Origin: an uncultured Thermoleophilia bacterium
GTDB taxonomy: Bacteria > Actinomycetota > Thermoleophilia > UBA2241
Assembly: GCA_963715985.1 (NCBI GenBank)
Contig: CAVQSP010000014.1
Span: 746,019-810,018 of the forward strand
Direction: 5' to 3'
Length of the DNA: 64,000 bases
Shown one piece after another: positions 1 to 11,667 of this stretch. How positions within the stretch are numbered: position 1 is the stretch's first letter; each line of letters opens with the position of its first letter. A program made the position numbers and the translations under genes. The notes under the pieces are model-generated. The model was not told the origin of the DNA. It made no database searches and was given only the letters and a program-made list of their open reading frames with translations.

Positions 1-48
1 ATGGGAGAAGGCGAGCTTGGCGGCTCCACCGCAGATTCTGCAATTCAC
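1..48 (-). CDS. 5' end of a gene running off the window, probably a Zn-ribbon class I methyltransferase
   Basis: GTG at 48 with GAGGAG upstream; reads MNCRICGGAAKLAFSH. A CxxC N-terminus is typical of polysaccharide-cluster methyltransferases. Confidence 0.45.
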   Translation of the reverse strand, partial: MNCRICGGAAKLAFSH

Positions 49-295
49 CGCACCACCACTCCTCACAGTTCCGCAGGATCCCACAGTACTCGGCACGCTG
101 TGCCTGCTTCCGAGCATGTCCAGAGGGGCAGGCGCTTTCGTGAGCACCGCTCCTTACGTCAGGACCTCCATTCTTCGGCCATGGTAGCCGATTCGATCGA
201 ACACTTGAGACGGCTGGTCAGTCCCGAACTCGACCCAGCACTTCAGGCGTAACCTGCTCGCTTATGCTCAGACAGGCCTCTTCCGGTGGAGCTCA

Positions 296-1855
296 TCAAC
301 GACTTGGCCTCGGCCACAGACGTTGTTGCGGCAACCGACCGTCGGCCCTATGGATATCGTCGCCCTCAGGTTGGAGCGTTCCTCCCGCGCTCGCTTTCGC
401 AATGGACGCGCAGCACAAGGCCAATGCCACATAAGCCCAGCCAAATCGCTGGCTCAGCAGCGGCGAGCTCATACTGTAGACGAAGAATGCCGCCCCGGCG
501 GCGAAGAGGCTCGCAGCCAGCACCCGGAAACGGACGGTCACGGCTAGGCGGGCTCCGAGAAGTGAGCAGGCAAGCCCTCCCAGCATCACACAGAGCATGC
601 CGGCCGCTGCTGGCAGCCCCCCCTCATACCACGCCTTGAGCAGGAGGTTGTGGGCGGACCTTGCTCCATCCGGGTTTGGACTGAGGAAGTCCAGGCCGTG
701 GCCGACCAGACCGCCATTGCCGAGAGCCGCCCAGGTCGCTTTGTAGCCTTGTACTCGAGTCGTTACCGTCGAGTACTGCCCCCCTTCTGACCGACCGGTG
801 GTAGACAGCAGCCTATCCACGGGAGTGGGGAGGCCGGCGCTGCCTTGCACCTGGGCCACTGCCACGGCCAAGGCCAGAGCGACAAACGCGATCACCACCG
901 GACGCAGGCCGCGAGACGAAATGACGATCCATGTGCCGACAGCGGCCATCGCAGCCGCCATTCCGGAGACCGAGCCCGACAGGACCACTGCCGCGACAAT
1001 CGACGCAAGGGCGCCCACCCAGACCACGTACTCGCGAAGCCGCGTGGTAGTGACGAGGAGAGCGCACGCAGGTGCGATGACGGTGGCCGCGGCGGCCGCG
1101 AGTTCATTGGGATGCGGGGCGAAGCCGGTCATGCGCCCCGGTATGGGAGAACTCACGAACGGCAAGCCCACCCCACGGGCCTGCAGGATTGCGGCCACTC
1201 CGTCGATCGCGAGCGATACCGTCCACATGGCCATCGCGGCCCGGAGATGCCGGGGTCGCGTGAGGACAAGGGTCGCCAGCCAGAACCACACCAGCGTCAA
1301 ATAGGCAAAACGCGCGACGTTGGCAGCCGAGGCGAGAGGAGCCAGGGCCTGAAACGTGGACAACAACCCCGCCACCACGTACAGAACCACCCCGAGAATG
1401 ACGAGGGCGGGGATGCGGAACGTGACCGTGCCTCGGCCCAGCGCGAGGCCCACAAGGGCAGCCCACAGAGCGGTGAAGAACAGCCAGTCCGAGACCGTGA
1501 AACCCCCCCACGGTCTCACCGCCGTCTGGCCGATGGTCAACATGCCTGCGTAGAACAGGAAGCGGGCCACGACGAGTGAATCCGAGCGCTCGCTCACGAT
1601 TGCCGGGGGGAACGGCATGCGTTGTGAGGCCTGCGTGCTGCTCTTTCCGCCGACACCCAGGGATGGTCGCGGGTTCACGTAGCGCCGAGCGAGCAGCAGG
1701 ATCGAAACTGCCGCGCAGGCGGCGACCAAAGCGAGAAGGAGCGGCTCGGGCAGCGCCACAGAGGCCACCGCGACGGCCACAGCAGCGCCCACTCCCAGGA
1801 GCATGGCGACACCCCGCCGATTCCACCGCGATGCACGTCCGCCAGTCAAGTCCAT
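296..1855 (-). CDS. O-antigen ligase/polymerase (Wzy/WaaL-like) membrane protein
   Basis: Many TM segments; GRMTGFAPHPNELA, LSGSVSG and late-loop SAHNLLLKAWYEGG motifs; polysaccharide context. Confidence 0.85.
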   Translation of the reverse strand: MDLTGGRASRWNRRGVAMLLGVGAAVAVAVASVALPEPLLLALVAACAAVSILLLARRYVNPRPSLGVGGKSSTQASQRMPFPPAIVSERSDSLVVARFLFYAGMLTIGQTAVRPWGGFTVSDWLFFTALWAALVGLALGRGTVTFRIPALVILGVVLYVVAGLLSTFQALAPLASAANVARFAYLTLVWFWLATLVLTRPRHLRAAMAMWTVSLAIDGVAAILQARGVGLPFVSSPIPGRMTGFAPHPNELAAAAATVIAPACALLVTTTRLREYVVWVGALASIVAAVVLSGSVSGMAAAMAAVGTWIVISSRGLRPVVIAFVALALAVAVAQVQGSAGLPTPVDRLLSTTGRSEGGQYSTVTTRVQGYKATWAALGNGGLVGHGLDFLSPNPDGARSAHNLLLKAWYEGGLPAAAGMLCVMLGGLACSLLGARLAVTVRFRVLAASLFAAGAAFFVYSMSSPLLSQRFGWAYVALALCCASIAKASAGGTLQPEGDDIHRADGRLPQQRLWPRPSR

Positions 1856-1940
1856 CTCCAGAAGCCAGCCCGACCGGTCGACACGCCGCGGAGGGTCGGC
1901 ACGAGCAGCCTGGCACAGTCAGAGTTGAATCCGCGCTGGA

Positions 1941-1988
1941 ATCCTAGCATCGCGAGAATCGTCGTGGCTGTCCTGCATCTGGTATTCT
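1941..1988. promoter_or_regulatory. Back-to-back extended -10 promoters of the divergent wzy-like and methyltransferase genes
   Basis: Minus strand TGcTAGGAT (1941-1949); plus strand TGgTATTCT (1980-1988). Confidence 0.4.
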
Positions 1989-2029
1989 TCGCCCGCAGTC
2001 CGTCAGTCTTCACCCCTCGAGGATGACCA

Positions 2030-2905
2030 GTGGCCACAAGACGAAGCCTCCAAGAGACCTTCTATCCTGAGACTTCGTTTGGCGGGTTTCCTCGCTCCGA
2101 TGGGACGATGGCGTTCTACCAGCGGGTCAACGCTCTTCTGAAGCCGTCGGACGTTGTGCTCGATGTCGGATGCGGCAGAGGGGAGTACGCAGAGGATTCC
2201 GTCGAGAGCCGCGCGAAGCTTCGAACCCTTCGAGGCAAGTGCGCTGCAGTGATCGGGGTCGACAGTGACGTTGACGCAGCCGCCAACCCCTGCGTCGACG
2301 AGTTCCGCCACATTCTTGGGGACCGCTGGCCGGTTGAGCGCGAAGCGATCGACCTATGCCTCGTCGACAGCGTTCTTGAACACGTTGACGACCCTGATGC
2401 GTTCTTCGGCGAATGCCGCCGCGTCCTGAGGCCAGAGGGCTATCTCTGCGTCAGAACGCCCAATGCGCTCGGCTACGCCACCGTCATGGCGAGACTCATT
2501 CCGAACGCGGCACATGCCGCCGTACTGGCGCGAGTCCAGACCGGCAGGAGGGCAGTGGACATCTTCCCTACCTTCTACCGCTGCAACAGTTCGCGACGGC
2601 TTCGAGATGCGCTGCGGCGCCACGGCTTTGAAGCGTGTGTCTACGGCTACGGGCCGGCACCCGCCTATCTCGACTTCTCGACGGTCGCCTACACCCTCGG
2701 CGTGATCTGGGCCGCCGCGGCGCCCTCCGTCGTACAGGCCGAGCTCCACGGCTTCGCCCGGCGCGGAACATGGCCGGGCGTCGAGCGCCAGAAGAGCCCA
2801 GCGATTGAGTCGCACAGCGGTCTGCGGAGAGTCCTTGAGATACCGAGTTGCCCGCCATCGGACACAGCCCACGCCCCGCGGCTGCCACTGAAACGCCGGC
2901 CATGA
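2030..2905 (+). CDS. Class I SAM-dependent methyltransferase
   Basis: VLDVGCGRG motif I; VLEHVDDP...RVLRPEG. Confidence 0.85.
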   Translation: MATRRSLQETFYPETSFGGFPRSDGTMAFYQRVNALLKPSDVVLDVGCGRGEYAEDSVESRAKLRTLRGKCAAVIGVDSDVDAAANPCVDEFRHILGDRWPVEREAIDLCLVDSVLEHVDDPDAFFGECRRVLRPEGYLCVRTPNALGYATVMARLIPNAAHAAVLARVQTGRRAVDIFPTFYRCNSSRRLRDALRRHGFEACVYGYGPAPAYLDFSTVAYTLGVIWAAAAPSVVQAELHGFARRGTWPGVERQKSPAIESHSGLRRVLEIPSCPPSDTAHAPRLPLKRRP

Positions 2906-3972
2906 GAGCTGCCCGACCGAAACTGGTGTTCGTCGACCATTCATATCACGTGGTGACGGGCTCCAGCCGGTTCTTCAGAAAGATGCTGAGCGAGGTTTTC
3001 GACATTGTCGAACTGCACTGCGACGACTGGCGCGGCGACAGGAGAGTCTCAGCCCAAGACGTCGACGCAACAGGAGCAGACGTCGTGCTCTTCTGGCAGG
3101 CGCTCCCCTCGCCGATCGATCTCTTCAACCTCGCCACCCCAGCGGTCTGGGTACCGATGTACGACTCGGTGGCGCGGCGCCCTCGTGCGTTCTGGAGAGT
3201 GCTGTCACAGTCCAACATCCGCATTATCTCGTTCTGTCACGCGCTCTCCCGCATTGCCACCCAGCACGGCATCCGCTTCGCTGGCTACTCCTACTACCCG
3301 GACCCGTCAGACCTGCCCCGCCTCAGCGGTGAGGGTGATGGCCTCCGAGTGTTCCTTTGGGATCGTGGCGATGTGGGCATCGACCAGATCAGGCAACTGG
3401 TGCGTCCTCAGGATGTGCAGTGGATGGTCCTGAGACTTGCGGCGGACCCAGGCCTACGGTCGAGGTGGCCCAGTAGCGACGACATTCTGAAGTACCGAAT
3501 CCGATCGATTCCCGGGCCTCTTCCGCGCGACGAACATCTCAGGCTCTTGGCAACCTGCAATGTTTTTCTGGCCCCCCGCAGACTGGAGGGAATCGGCCTC
3601 AGCGTTCTCGAGGCCATGGCCATGGGGCTGGCGGTCATCGCTCCGGATCGGCCAACCATGAACGAGTACATCGAACACGGTGTCACGGGTTACTTGTACG
3701 ACCCGCAGCGGCCTCAGACCATCGATTTACGTTGTGCCGCAGAAGTGGGTGAAAGCGCACGCGCCCGCATGTCTGTCGGCAGCAAGGAATGGGTCGGATC
3801 CCAACACCGCGTTTTGGCCGACGTGCTCGCGGCGACACCCGTGGCGGCCGACCCTCCCCTTCGTATCGCCGCCGAGGCGCGAGCTCTGGCCGCAGTCGAA
3901 CTGGCGAAAGCGTCAATACCAGAGAGGCCGAGATCCTTCATTCGAAGGGTGCTTCGCGCACACCGTCGTTGA
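2902..3972 (+). CDS. GT-B (GT4-like) glycosyltransferase
   Basis: EGIGLSVLEAMAMGLAVIAPD...EYIEHGVTGYL (E-x7-E motif); ATGA overlap with the upstream gene. Confidence 0.85.
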   Translation: MRAARPKLVFVDHSYHVVTGSSRFFRKMLSEVFDIVELHCDDWRGDRRVSAQDVDATGADVVLFWQALPSPIDLFNLATPAVWVPMYDSVARRPRAFWRVLSQSNIRIISFCHALSRIATQHGIRFAGYSYYPDPSDLPRLSGEGDGLRVFLWDRGDVGIDQIRQLVRPQDVQWMVLRLAADPGLRSRWPSSDDILKYRIRSIPGPLPRDEHLRLLATCNVFLAPRRLEGIGLSVLEAMAMGLAVIAPDRPTMNEYIEHGVTGYLYDPQRPQTIDLRCAAEVGESARARMSVGSKEWVGSQHRVLADVLAATPVAADPPLRIAAEARALAAVELAKASIPERPRSFIRRVLRAHRR

Positions 3973-4023
3973 GCGTTCGGTTCCGCCCGCCGAAGGCCGC
4001 TGAACCTCAAGCCTCAGCATATC

Positions 4024-5167
4024 TAGTGTTGCATTCCTGAAGTCCACTATGCATGTTCACACCGTCAGCGGCTTGCCCGTGTAGTTCCAGGCGAAGGGCG
4101 TCGCGGTCTCGCTGTAGCACGTGATGGAGTACATGATCTGCTCGACGAGCTCCTGCTTCGAGTTCCAGACGTCGCCCCCCATCACCTCGCGCGTGAAGAT
4201 GTTGAAGAAGATCTCGACCTGGTTCAGCCAGGTGGCGTAGGTCGGCGTGTGCAGGATCGCGAGGCGCCGCCGCTTGGCCGCCCACTCCCTCACGTCCTTG
4301 GCCTTGTGCACCGAGAGGTTGTCGCAGATCACGTAGAGCTGCTTGCCGGGGTACTTGCGGTAGAGCGCCTTGAGGAAGGCGAGGAAGCTCACCTGATCGT
4401 TCCTGTCGCGGCAGCGCGCCGTGACCTCGCCGTCGTGCACGGAGAGCGCCGCCAGCAGGCAGGTCGTGCGATGGCGCTTGTAGGTCGCGGTCAGGCGCCG
4501 CGGCTGGCCCGCCTTCATGGGCAGCTCGGCGTGGGTGCGGTCGAGCGCCTGGATCTGGCTCTTCTCATCCACGGAGAGCACGAGCGCGTTCTCCGGGGGA
4601 CTCAGGTAGAGACCGAGGATGGCCGCCTGCTTGGCCTCGAACTCGGGGTCGGGGCTGCGTCCGCACCAGTACTCGGTCTTGTGGGGGCTGAGCTTGCCCT
4701 CGGCGAGGATGCGGTGCGCCGAGGTCCGCGAGAGGCCGCTCGAGTGCGCGAGGTCGCTCACGCTCCAGGCGGTCTTGCCCTTCTCCGGCGTGCTCGTCGC
4801 CAGGTCGACGACGGCGAGGCGCTGCGCCGCGCTGATGCGCGCCGGGCGGCCCGGGCGCGGCTCGTCGGCGAGGCCCTCGAGGCGCCGCTCGAGGAAGCGC
4901 TTCTTCCACTTGAAGACGCTCAGCTGGCTGAGCCCGCAGCGTTCGCCGACCGCTCTGACCGGCAGCCCCTGCGCGCAGAGCAGGATGACCTGCGCGCGCC
5001 GCGCCAGACGCTGCTCGGTGGTGCCGGCGCGCGTCCACATGCGCAGGGTCTGCTCCTCCTCCGTTGTCAGCTCGATCCTCCGCGCCGTGGCCATGAAGGG
5101 CCTCCTTCGGTGTGCGACCACCAGATGAGGCTATTTGACTACAAGACACTTGCGGAACGTAACTCTA
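4024..5167 (-). mobile_element. IS630-family insertion sequence
   Basis: Ends TAGTGTTGCATTCCTGAAGT (4024) and, reverse-complemented, TAGAGTTACGTTCCGCAAGT (5167) match at 15/20; TA at both ends; encloses the transposase. Confidence 0.85.
4057..5121 (-). CDS. IS630-family DDE transposase
   Basis: N-terminal HTH (LADEPRPGRP); catalytic motifs LSVDEKSQIQAL, VICDNLSVHK, WLNQVEIFF; intact ORF (start may be the ATG near 5094). Confidence 0.95.
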   Translation of the reverse strand: MVAHRRRPFMATARRIELTTEEEQTLRMWTRAGTTEQRLARRAQVILLCAQGLPVRAVGERCGLSQLSVFKWKKRFLERRLEGLADEPRPGRPARISAAQRLAVVDLATSTPEKGKTAWSVSDLAHSSGLSRTSAHRILAEGKLSPHKTEYWCGRSPDPEFEAKQAAILGLYLSPPENALVLSVDEKSQIQALDRTHAELPMKAGQPRRLTATYKRHRTTCLLAALSVHDGEVTARCRDRNDQVSFLAFLKALYRKYPGKQLYVICDNLSVHKAKDVREWAAKRRRLAILHTPTYATWLNQVEIFFNIFTREVMGGDVWNSKQELVEQIMYSITCYSETATPFAWNYTGKPLTV

Positions 5168-6509
5168 ACGTTTGCGGCCATTCGTCGCTTCACGCAAGGC
5201 CGCCCTCCCATTCGAGATGTCACTTCGTGAAAACGCGAACATCCTTGTCGTGTGAGCGCCGAGCCTCCTCGCGAATCCTAGCATTACGAGCAGGGTGGTA
5301 ATGTAGGAGGCGCTCACGGCCACGGCGACGCCGTTCACTCCCCACAGGGGCAGCATCACCGCGAGTGCGATCCCGCCGCCCAGCCAGCCGAGCATCTCCG
5401 CTCTCGTCGCCAGGGAGGGATGCCCCAGGCCACGCAGGCCGTCGCCCAGCGCATAACGCAGCGAAGCTGCAAGCATGCCTACCGCAAGGATCCTGACCAG
5501 CGTCTGAGCCGGAACGAAGTCTCCGCCATAGACGAGAGTCAGCAGCGGCCCCGCAAAGGCGATCAGGACCACAGCAAAGAAGCCGCTAAGAACGCAAGTG
5601 AGACGCGCAAACAACGAATGGCGCCCAGCGCCTCTTCCCGGATGACGCGCCGGCCACGCGCGGGAGCGCGAGCACCCCAAACGTCGTACCCCACACTCTC
5701 ACGACAACCGCAGCTGAGGTCGCCACGAAGTACAGGCCCGCCTCCTGGGCCCCGAGAAGCGCCGTCGTAAGAAGAACGTCGAGCTGAAGGGTATCGACTG
5801 GCGCCAGGGTCCCGAAGTACGCCTTGCGGCCGACCGACCACGACTGCCTGACCGTGTCCCACTGCAGTCTGGGACGCAACGCCCCGCGGCGGGTCTCACG
5901 GCTGGACATGACCAGCAACACGACGAGACCGACGACCCAGCTCGCCGCGTACGTCGCGGCGAACACCCTGACGCTTACGTAGCCCAGCAGGAGCAGCGCC
6001 AGCAGGGTCGCGCCGTAGACAGAGGGGATGAGGAGGCGGGCGGCGTTCAACACCCCGATTCGCCCTTCGCCCTGATTGAGCGCACTGAGGTAGCGTACCG
6101 CCAGGTGCAACGGGGCGTACACAACAGGAAGCCGATTGCGGTGGCCAGAACGCTCGACGGGTAACCGCGGAGGGCCAGCAAGATGATGGAATACCCGCCG
6201 CCCAGATAAGGACGCATTGACCGGCCATCATCGGCACGACGCTTCTCGCCAGGTCGTATCGTGAACGCAGGCCTGAGGCCGAGAGGTATGTCAGGCGGTC
6301 GGGCAGGCCCAATTCCGCAATCGTGCAGAGGAGGCCCGGCCACAAGATGACCGCCGCCAGCTCGCCCCTCCCGGCGACCCCGAGAGCGCGCGCCCGACGA
6401 TACCCCCCACCAGACTGATCAGCATCACGGCCGTCGTGATGACCACGCTCTGGACGACGTGGCGTCGCGCGCTTGGGGCAGCTCGGCTCGTGTCGCGTCG
6501 GCGGCTCAC
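5165..6509 (-). CDS. wzx: Wzx-type oligosaccharide flippase (frameshifted across four ORF pieces)
   Basis: Fragments 6291-6509, 6047-6343, 5586-6122 and 5165-5680 join into a multi-TM protein with GRGELAA, LDVLLTTALLGAQEAGLY and PLWGVNGVAVA motifs. Confidence 0.8.
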
Positions 6510-6676
6510 TCAGTGACCCCCAGAATCCCGCCGACCCGACCGGCCGGCACCGGCCGGAATAGCACACCGCCCTGAGGTCAGAGTGACTCGTCCAGTGTAT
6601 GCAGGATGGCCGCGAACTAGCACACGGCAGCTAGCCAAGACCATCCCACCAAAGGCCGCCCTCCAAGGCGATGCGG

Positions 6677-7633
6677 TCAGGAGGTGACGTACAGACCCGG
6701 CGGGAATCCTAGTTCACGAAGCACTGCCGGCAGTCGCGCGAACGGTCTCCCTGGGAATCTCGACGGTGACCTCGTTGTGCCGGGGAACTCAGTCTGCACC
6801 CGCGAGACTGTGTCGCGCCCGGTCCTTCTCTCCGCGCTCGTCTGCGAATCCTCGTCGCAGCTTTCGCTCGTAGTCCTCACGACTCCTGAAGACATAGTGG
6901 TGCAGCACGAGAACGGATCATCGCGTGGTGTTGCAAAGGATCCGTACACGCGCCGACCGTCAGGCGTCACCCCCAAGCGACCGCGACGATAGTAGAAGCC
7001 GTGGGAATTGCGATAGCGGAATATCTCCGAAGGTTGCGCGATGACCTTGACATGTTCGTCACCCGAGGCATCTGCCATGGACAAACCGTCTCGGTCACCA
7101 GTCCCGTCGGAACGGCCTCGATACCCTGCGCTTCCGAAGTAGCGCCAGTTGATTGCAACAGCGGGTCTGTCTTCGTTGCTCCTCAGAACTCGGATCGTCG
7201 CACCAGCAGCATTCTCAAAGAGGAATTCGTCAGCGTCGAAGAACGCAACCCATTTGCTGCTCGAACCGAACCGCGTCAGGAAGTCGACATAGCAGGACGG
7301 GGACGCCGGGACCATAGGCCACTGGCAAACGTCACAACACCCCGCTCAATGAAAGGATGAATCACCTCCCTGGTGCCGTCGGCGCTGCCGTTGTCGTAGA
7401 CGTAGAAGTGCTCGATCCCGATATTGAGATGATGGGCGATCCATTCTGGAAGAAAGCGAGCCTCGTCTTTGACCCGCACAACGGCAGCCAAGTAGTGGAG
7501 CGACGACGCGTCGTCCGGCCGAGACCCGCGGTTGCCGCAACGTTGAGCGGAGCCCTTCATATGCATCTTGCACCATGAATAATGGTGTGCGAAGCAAGCG
7601 ATACCGCTTGACCAGTGACCGGAGGTCACTCAT
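6677..7633 (-). CDS. GT-A glycosyltransferase, GT92/GT2-like (frameshifted)
   Basis: VRVKDEARFLPEWIAHHLNIGIEHFYVYDNGSAD; WVAFFDADEFL; AINWRYFGS. Confidence 0.8.
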
Positions 7634-7968
7634 CTCCGGCTCTCTATCATTACTTGGCTCATCTCCTGGTGACCGCTGGGTGCTGGTGGCTGCTGGTGAT
7701 CAGCACTTGCAGGCTATCGTGACGAACCGTATCATCCGTCGGACTTCATCACGCAGCCACACGATGCGTGCAGAAGGGCTTCCTGAAGCGCGGAATCCAG
7801 CAGGTCCGCCGAGCACGTGCACGGCCTCACCCAGGTACGAATGCGGCGCACCCGCCTCGGGCTCCCCGCGAACGATGCCGCAGGCTCTGGGGGGCTCGTG
7901 CCCAAGTCGGCGCGCTTCGCGGCCGATACGGTAGAGTAGGGTGGAACGTTCTCCTACGATTGGGGCCC

Positions 7969-8857
7969 GTGTTGGGCGACTGGCGGCTTCAGACTCCTGT
8001 TGCCTTCATCATCTTCAACCGCCCCGCGACCACCCGGCGCGTGTTCGCGACCATTGCCGAGGCCAAGCCACCCAAGCTTCTCGTCGTAGCCGACGGGCCG
8101 CGCGCGGATCGCCCGGGAGAGGCCGACGCGTGCGCCGACACGCGCGCATCGTCGAGCAGGTGGACTGGGAGTGCCAGGTCATGACGCAGTACGCCGCGCA
8201 CAACATGGGCTGCCGGCGGCGGCTCTCCAGCGGCCTGGACTGGGTCTTCGGCACCGTTGAGCGAGGCAATCATCCTGGAGGACGACTGTCTGCCCCATCC
8301 CAGCTTCTTTCGCTACTGTGAGGAACTGCTGAACAAGTACCGTGATGACGACCGTGTCGCGCACATCGGCGGGAGCAACTTGCAGTTCGGCCGGCGCCGC
8401 ACCAAAGACAGTTACTACTTCTCTCGTTATCATCACGTGTGGGGCTGGGCTTCCTGGCGCCGGGCATGGCAGCACTACGACGTAGGCCTGGCTCTCTGGC
8501 CGAGCTTCGAGACAGCGACTGGCTCCAGAGCGTGTCGGTGATCCGAAGCAGGAGAGGTACTGGCGCCGTATCTTCGACAGGGTGGCCGCCGGGAAGATCG
8601 ATGACGTTGGGACTACCAGTGGGAATTCGCCTGCTGGCTGCATGGGGCCCTCTCCGCTATCCCCAACGTCAATCTCGTGTCCAACATCGGGTTTGGGTCG
8701 GACTCCACCCATACGCGCGCCGGGAGCCCCTTGGCCGACATCCCTCGACGGGCCATTGCGTTCCCGCTCAAGCACCCTGCCGCGGTGCAACCGCAACCCC
8801 GCGGCTGATGCCTTCACCGTCCGACATATCTACAAGCCGTCGTGCCGCGCGTGCTGA
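7969..8857 (+). CDS. GT-A nucleotide-diphospho-sugar transferase (frameshifted; ends approximate)
   Basis: [11 protein letters not shown]...VADGPR; [14 protein letters not shown]; [12 protein letters not shown]; NLVSNIGFG. Confidence 0.8.
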
Positions 8858-8951
8858 CAAGGCGCGGCACGACCCGCGGGGGCTGCTGCAGCAGGCCGGC
8901 CATGCGGGCACGGCAGCGCTGTCGCGTGGCGCCCGCCCGGAAGGAGCGCCG

Positions 8952-9898
8952 ATGCGTGACTATGGTCGCACGCGAGCGATGGTCACCGGCGGGGCCGGGT
9001 TCCTCGGCTCGCACCTCTGCAGGCGCCTGCTCGACGACGGATGCGAAGTGCTCTGCGTCGACAACTTCTACACCGGCACTCGCAGAACATCGCGCCGCTA
9101 CTGGCGAACCCGCGGTTCGAGGTGCTGCGCCACGACGTGACCTTCCCGCTCTACGTCGAGGCCGACGAGATCTTCAACCTGGCCTGTCCGGCGTCGCCGC
9201 CGCACTATCAGTACGACCCCGTGCAGACCACCAAGACGAGCGTGCACGGCGCCATCAACATGCTGGGCCTGGCCAAGCGGCTCAGGGCGAAGATCCTCCA
9301 GGCCTCCACGAGCGAGGTCTACGGCGATCCGACCGAGAACCCCCAGACCGAGGCCTACTGGGGCAACGTCAATCCGATCGGGCCGCGCAGCTGCTACGAC
9401 GAGGGCAAGCGCTGCGCGGAGACCCTGTTCTTCGACTACTACCGGCAGCACGCCTGCGGATCAAGGTCGTGCGCATCTTCAACACCTATGGACCTGGAAT
9501 GCACCCCAACGACGGGCGCGTGGTCAGCACCTTCATCGTGCAGGCCCTGCGCAACCAGGACATCACCGTGTTCGGCGACGGCTCCCAGACCCGCTCGTTC
9601 TGCTACGTGGACGACCTCATCGAGGGTCTCGTGCGGATGATGGCCTCCGAAGACGACTTCGTCGGCCCGGTGAACATGGGGTCGCCACGAGTCCTCGATG
9701 CTCGAGCTGGCCGAGACGGTGGTCGCCTGACGGAAGCAGCTCACGGATCGTCCATCAGCCGTTGCCGGCGGACGACCCCAAGCAGCGCCGTCCGGACCTG
9801 ACCCTGGCGCGCGAGCGGCTGGCATGGGAACCGCGCGCGGCCTCCACGAGGGTCTGAAGCAGACGATCGCCTACTTCAGGACTCACCTGCGCTTTGAT
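8952..9898 (+). CDS. UDP-glucuronate decarboxylase (UDP-xylose synthase) (frameshifted)
   Basis: [12 protein letters not shown]; [14 protein letters not shown]; [10 protein letters not shown]; [19 protein letters not shown]; RIFNTYGP. Confidence 0.9.
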
Positions 9899-10649
9899 GG
9901 CGACGACGCGCAGGAGCGGCGCCCATCGAGGACCACTACCCGGAGATCGACTACGGCGGATTACGCGTGTCGACGGGGCGATGGCCTTCTACATTCGCGT
10001 CGGCTGCCTCCTCAGACCTGACGACGTCGTTCTGGACGTCGGCTGCGGCAGAGGAGAGGCAGCAGAAGACCCCGCTCCCAGCCGGCGGCAATTGCGCATC
10101 CTGAAGGGGCGATGCGCCCGCGTCATCAGCATCGACCCAGATGGAGTCGGCGCCGACAACCCCTGCATTGACGAGTTCCGGCCCATCGTGGCTCGGCGCT
10201 GGCCGGTCGACGACGAGAGCGTCGACCTCCGTCTCCACGGACAATGTCGTCGAGCATATCGCTCATCCCGATGCGTTCTTCGCCGAGTGCGCGCGTGTCC
10301 TGAAGCCCGGATGCTTCTGCGCGTCAAGACCGCCAACTCCCTCGGCGACGCGGCTCTCGCGGCCAGGAGTCATCCCCAACGCCTCGCACGCGGTCGTTCC
10401 GCGCGGTCTGCAGCCAGAACGGGACCCGAGAGACGTCTTCCCCACCTACTATCGCTGCAACCGCCCGCGGCGCCTGCGCATAGTCCTGTAGAGTGCGGCT
10501 TCACCGCCTACGTTCACGGCCATGCCGCCGAGCCTGCCTACCTTGGGTTCTCCCTGCCTACCTACGCCCTCGGCGTCGTCTGGGCGCGCGTGGCGCCCTC
10601 CATCCTTCTGAACACTCTCCTCGACTTCGCCGAACGTGCGCGTCGGTAA
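9897..10649 (+). pseudogene. Paralog of the 2030-2905 methyltransferase, disrupted
   Basis: MAFYIRVGCLLRPDDVVLDVGCGRG aligns with MAFYQRVNALLKPSDVVLDVGCGRG. Several frameshifts; real decay cannot be separated from read error. Confidence 0.65.
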
Positions 10650-11393
10650 GCCCGCTGATAGCAGCAGCCGTCCTCTCGGGCCTCGTCTACCGCGTCTCAG
10701 GCACCGTGCCTGCCCTTGCGTCTCACCCCTCCTGCGGCCCGCGTCCACATTCTGTCCAGCCCCCTGCGAGGGAGGCTGTGGATCGTCGGCCCAAGCACGC
10801 ACGGGTGTTCGATGGTCACGTTCGAACGCGAGAAGCTCGAGTTCCTCAACGCCGCGCTCCGCGAGGGCTAAGTGGCGTGCGACATCGGCGCGAACGCGGG
10901 TGTCTACTGTTCGCCGCTACGCGTGTAGGCTCCAGCGGACGGGTGTATCTTTCGAGCCCCTCCCCCGAAATCTCGGCTACCTCGAGCAGCATCTCGCGCT
11001 CAACCAGATAGGCACCTGCACGGTGATGGACGTCGCCGTCAGCTCTGAGGCGGCGACGCCGCTTTCGATGAGAGCGTGCACCCGGCGATGGGCCACCTTG
11101 GCCCCGCCGGCGATGAGGTGATCACCGTTCACACCGTGGTCCTAGATGATCTCGTCGCGGGCGGGGCCATTCGCCGGCCCTCGGTGATCAAGCTCGACAT
11201 CGAAGGCGCTGAATACGATGCTTTTGGTGGGCCGCACGCGTGCTGTCCTCATCGTCCGATCGTCTTCGTGGCCACGCACGGCCCAGCCATACATCTGCGT
11301 CGCAGGAGTTCTCGATGAAGCCGGCGTCGATGTCGGGGCCTCAATGGAGTGCCACTCTCTGACGCAACGGCGATCGTGGCTCTCTCACGCTAG
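10636..11393 (+). pseudogene. FkbM-family methyltransferase, heavily disrupted (ends approximate)
   Basis: Fragments DIGANAG, FEPLPRNLGYL and VIKLDIEGAEYD lie in different frames. Confidence 0.65.
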
Positions 11394-11667
11394 CCAAGGG
11401 GTGCTGCGCCCAGGGCTCGGCGCCGAGTGTGGCCAGCACCCCGTCTGCCCCTGCAACTCTCGTGCAGCCACGCGGTTCCAGAGTAGATGAATGTGGCGTA
11501 TACGTCAGCCCGATCGCGCGACTGGCCGGCTCTTTGGTCAGAAGCGCGGCGCACACGCGCAACGGGCGGCGTCTTCTCACGGTGGCCCACAGCAAATGCA
11601 CGCGGCCCGGCCCGGGTCCCTCAGAGCCTGGCCGGGCCGCGTTCTGGACCACCCTTCTAGCCCAAGG

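Noticed and set aside
1-252. 83-aa plus-strand ORF at the window start
   Set aside because: It has no motifs and overlaps a better-supported minus-strand gene start at 48.
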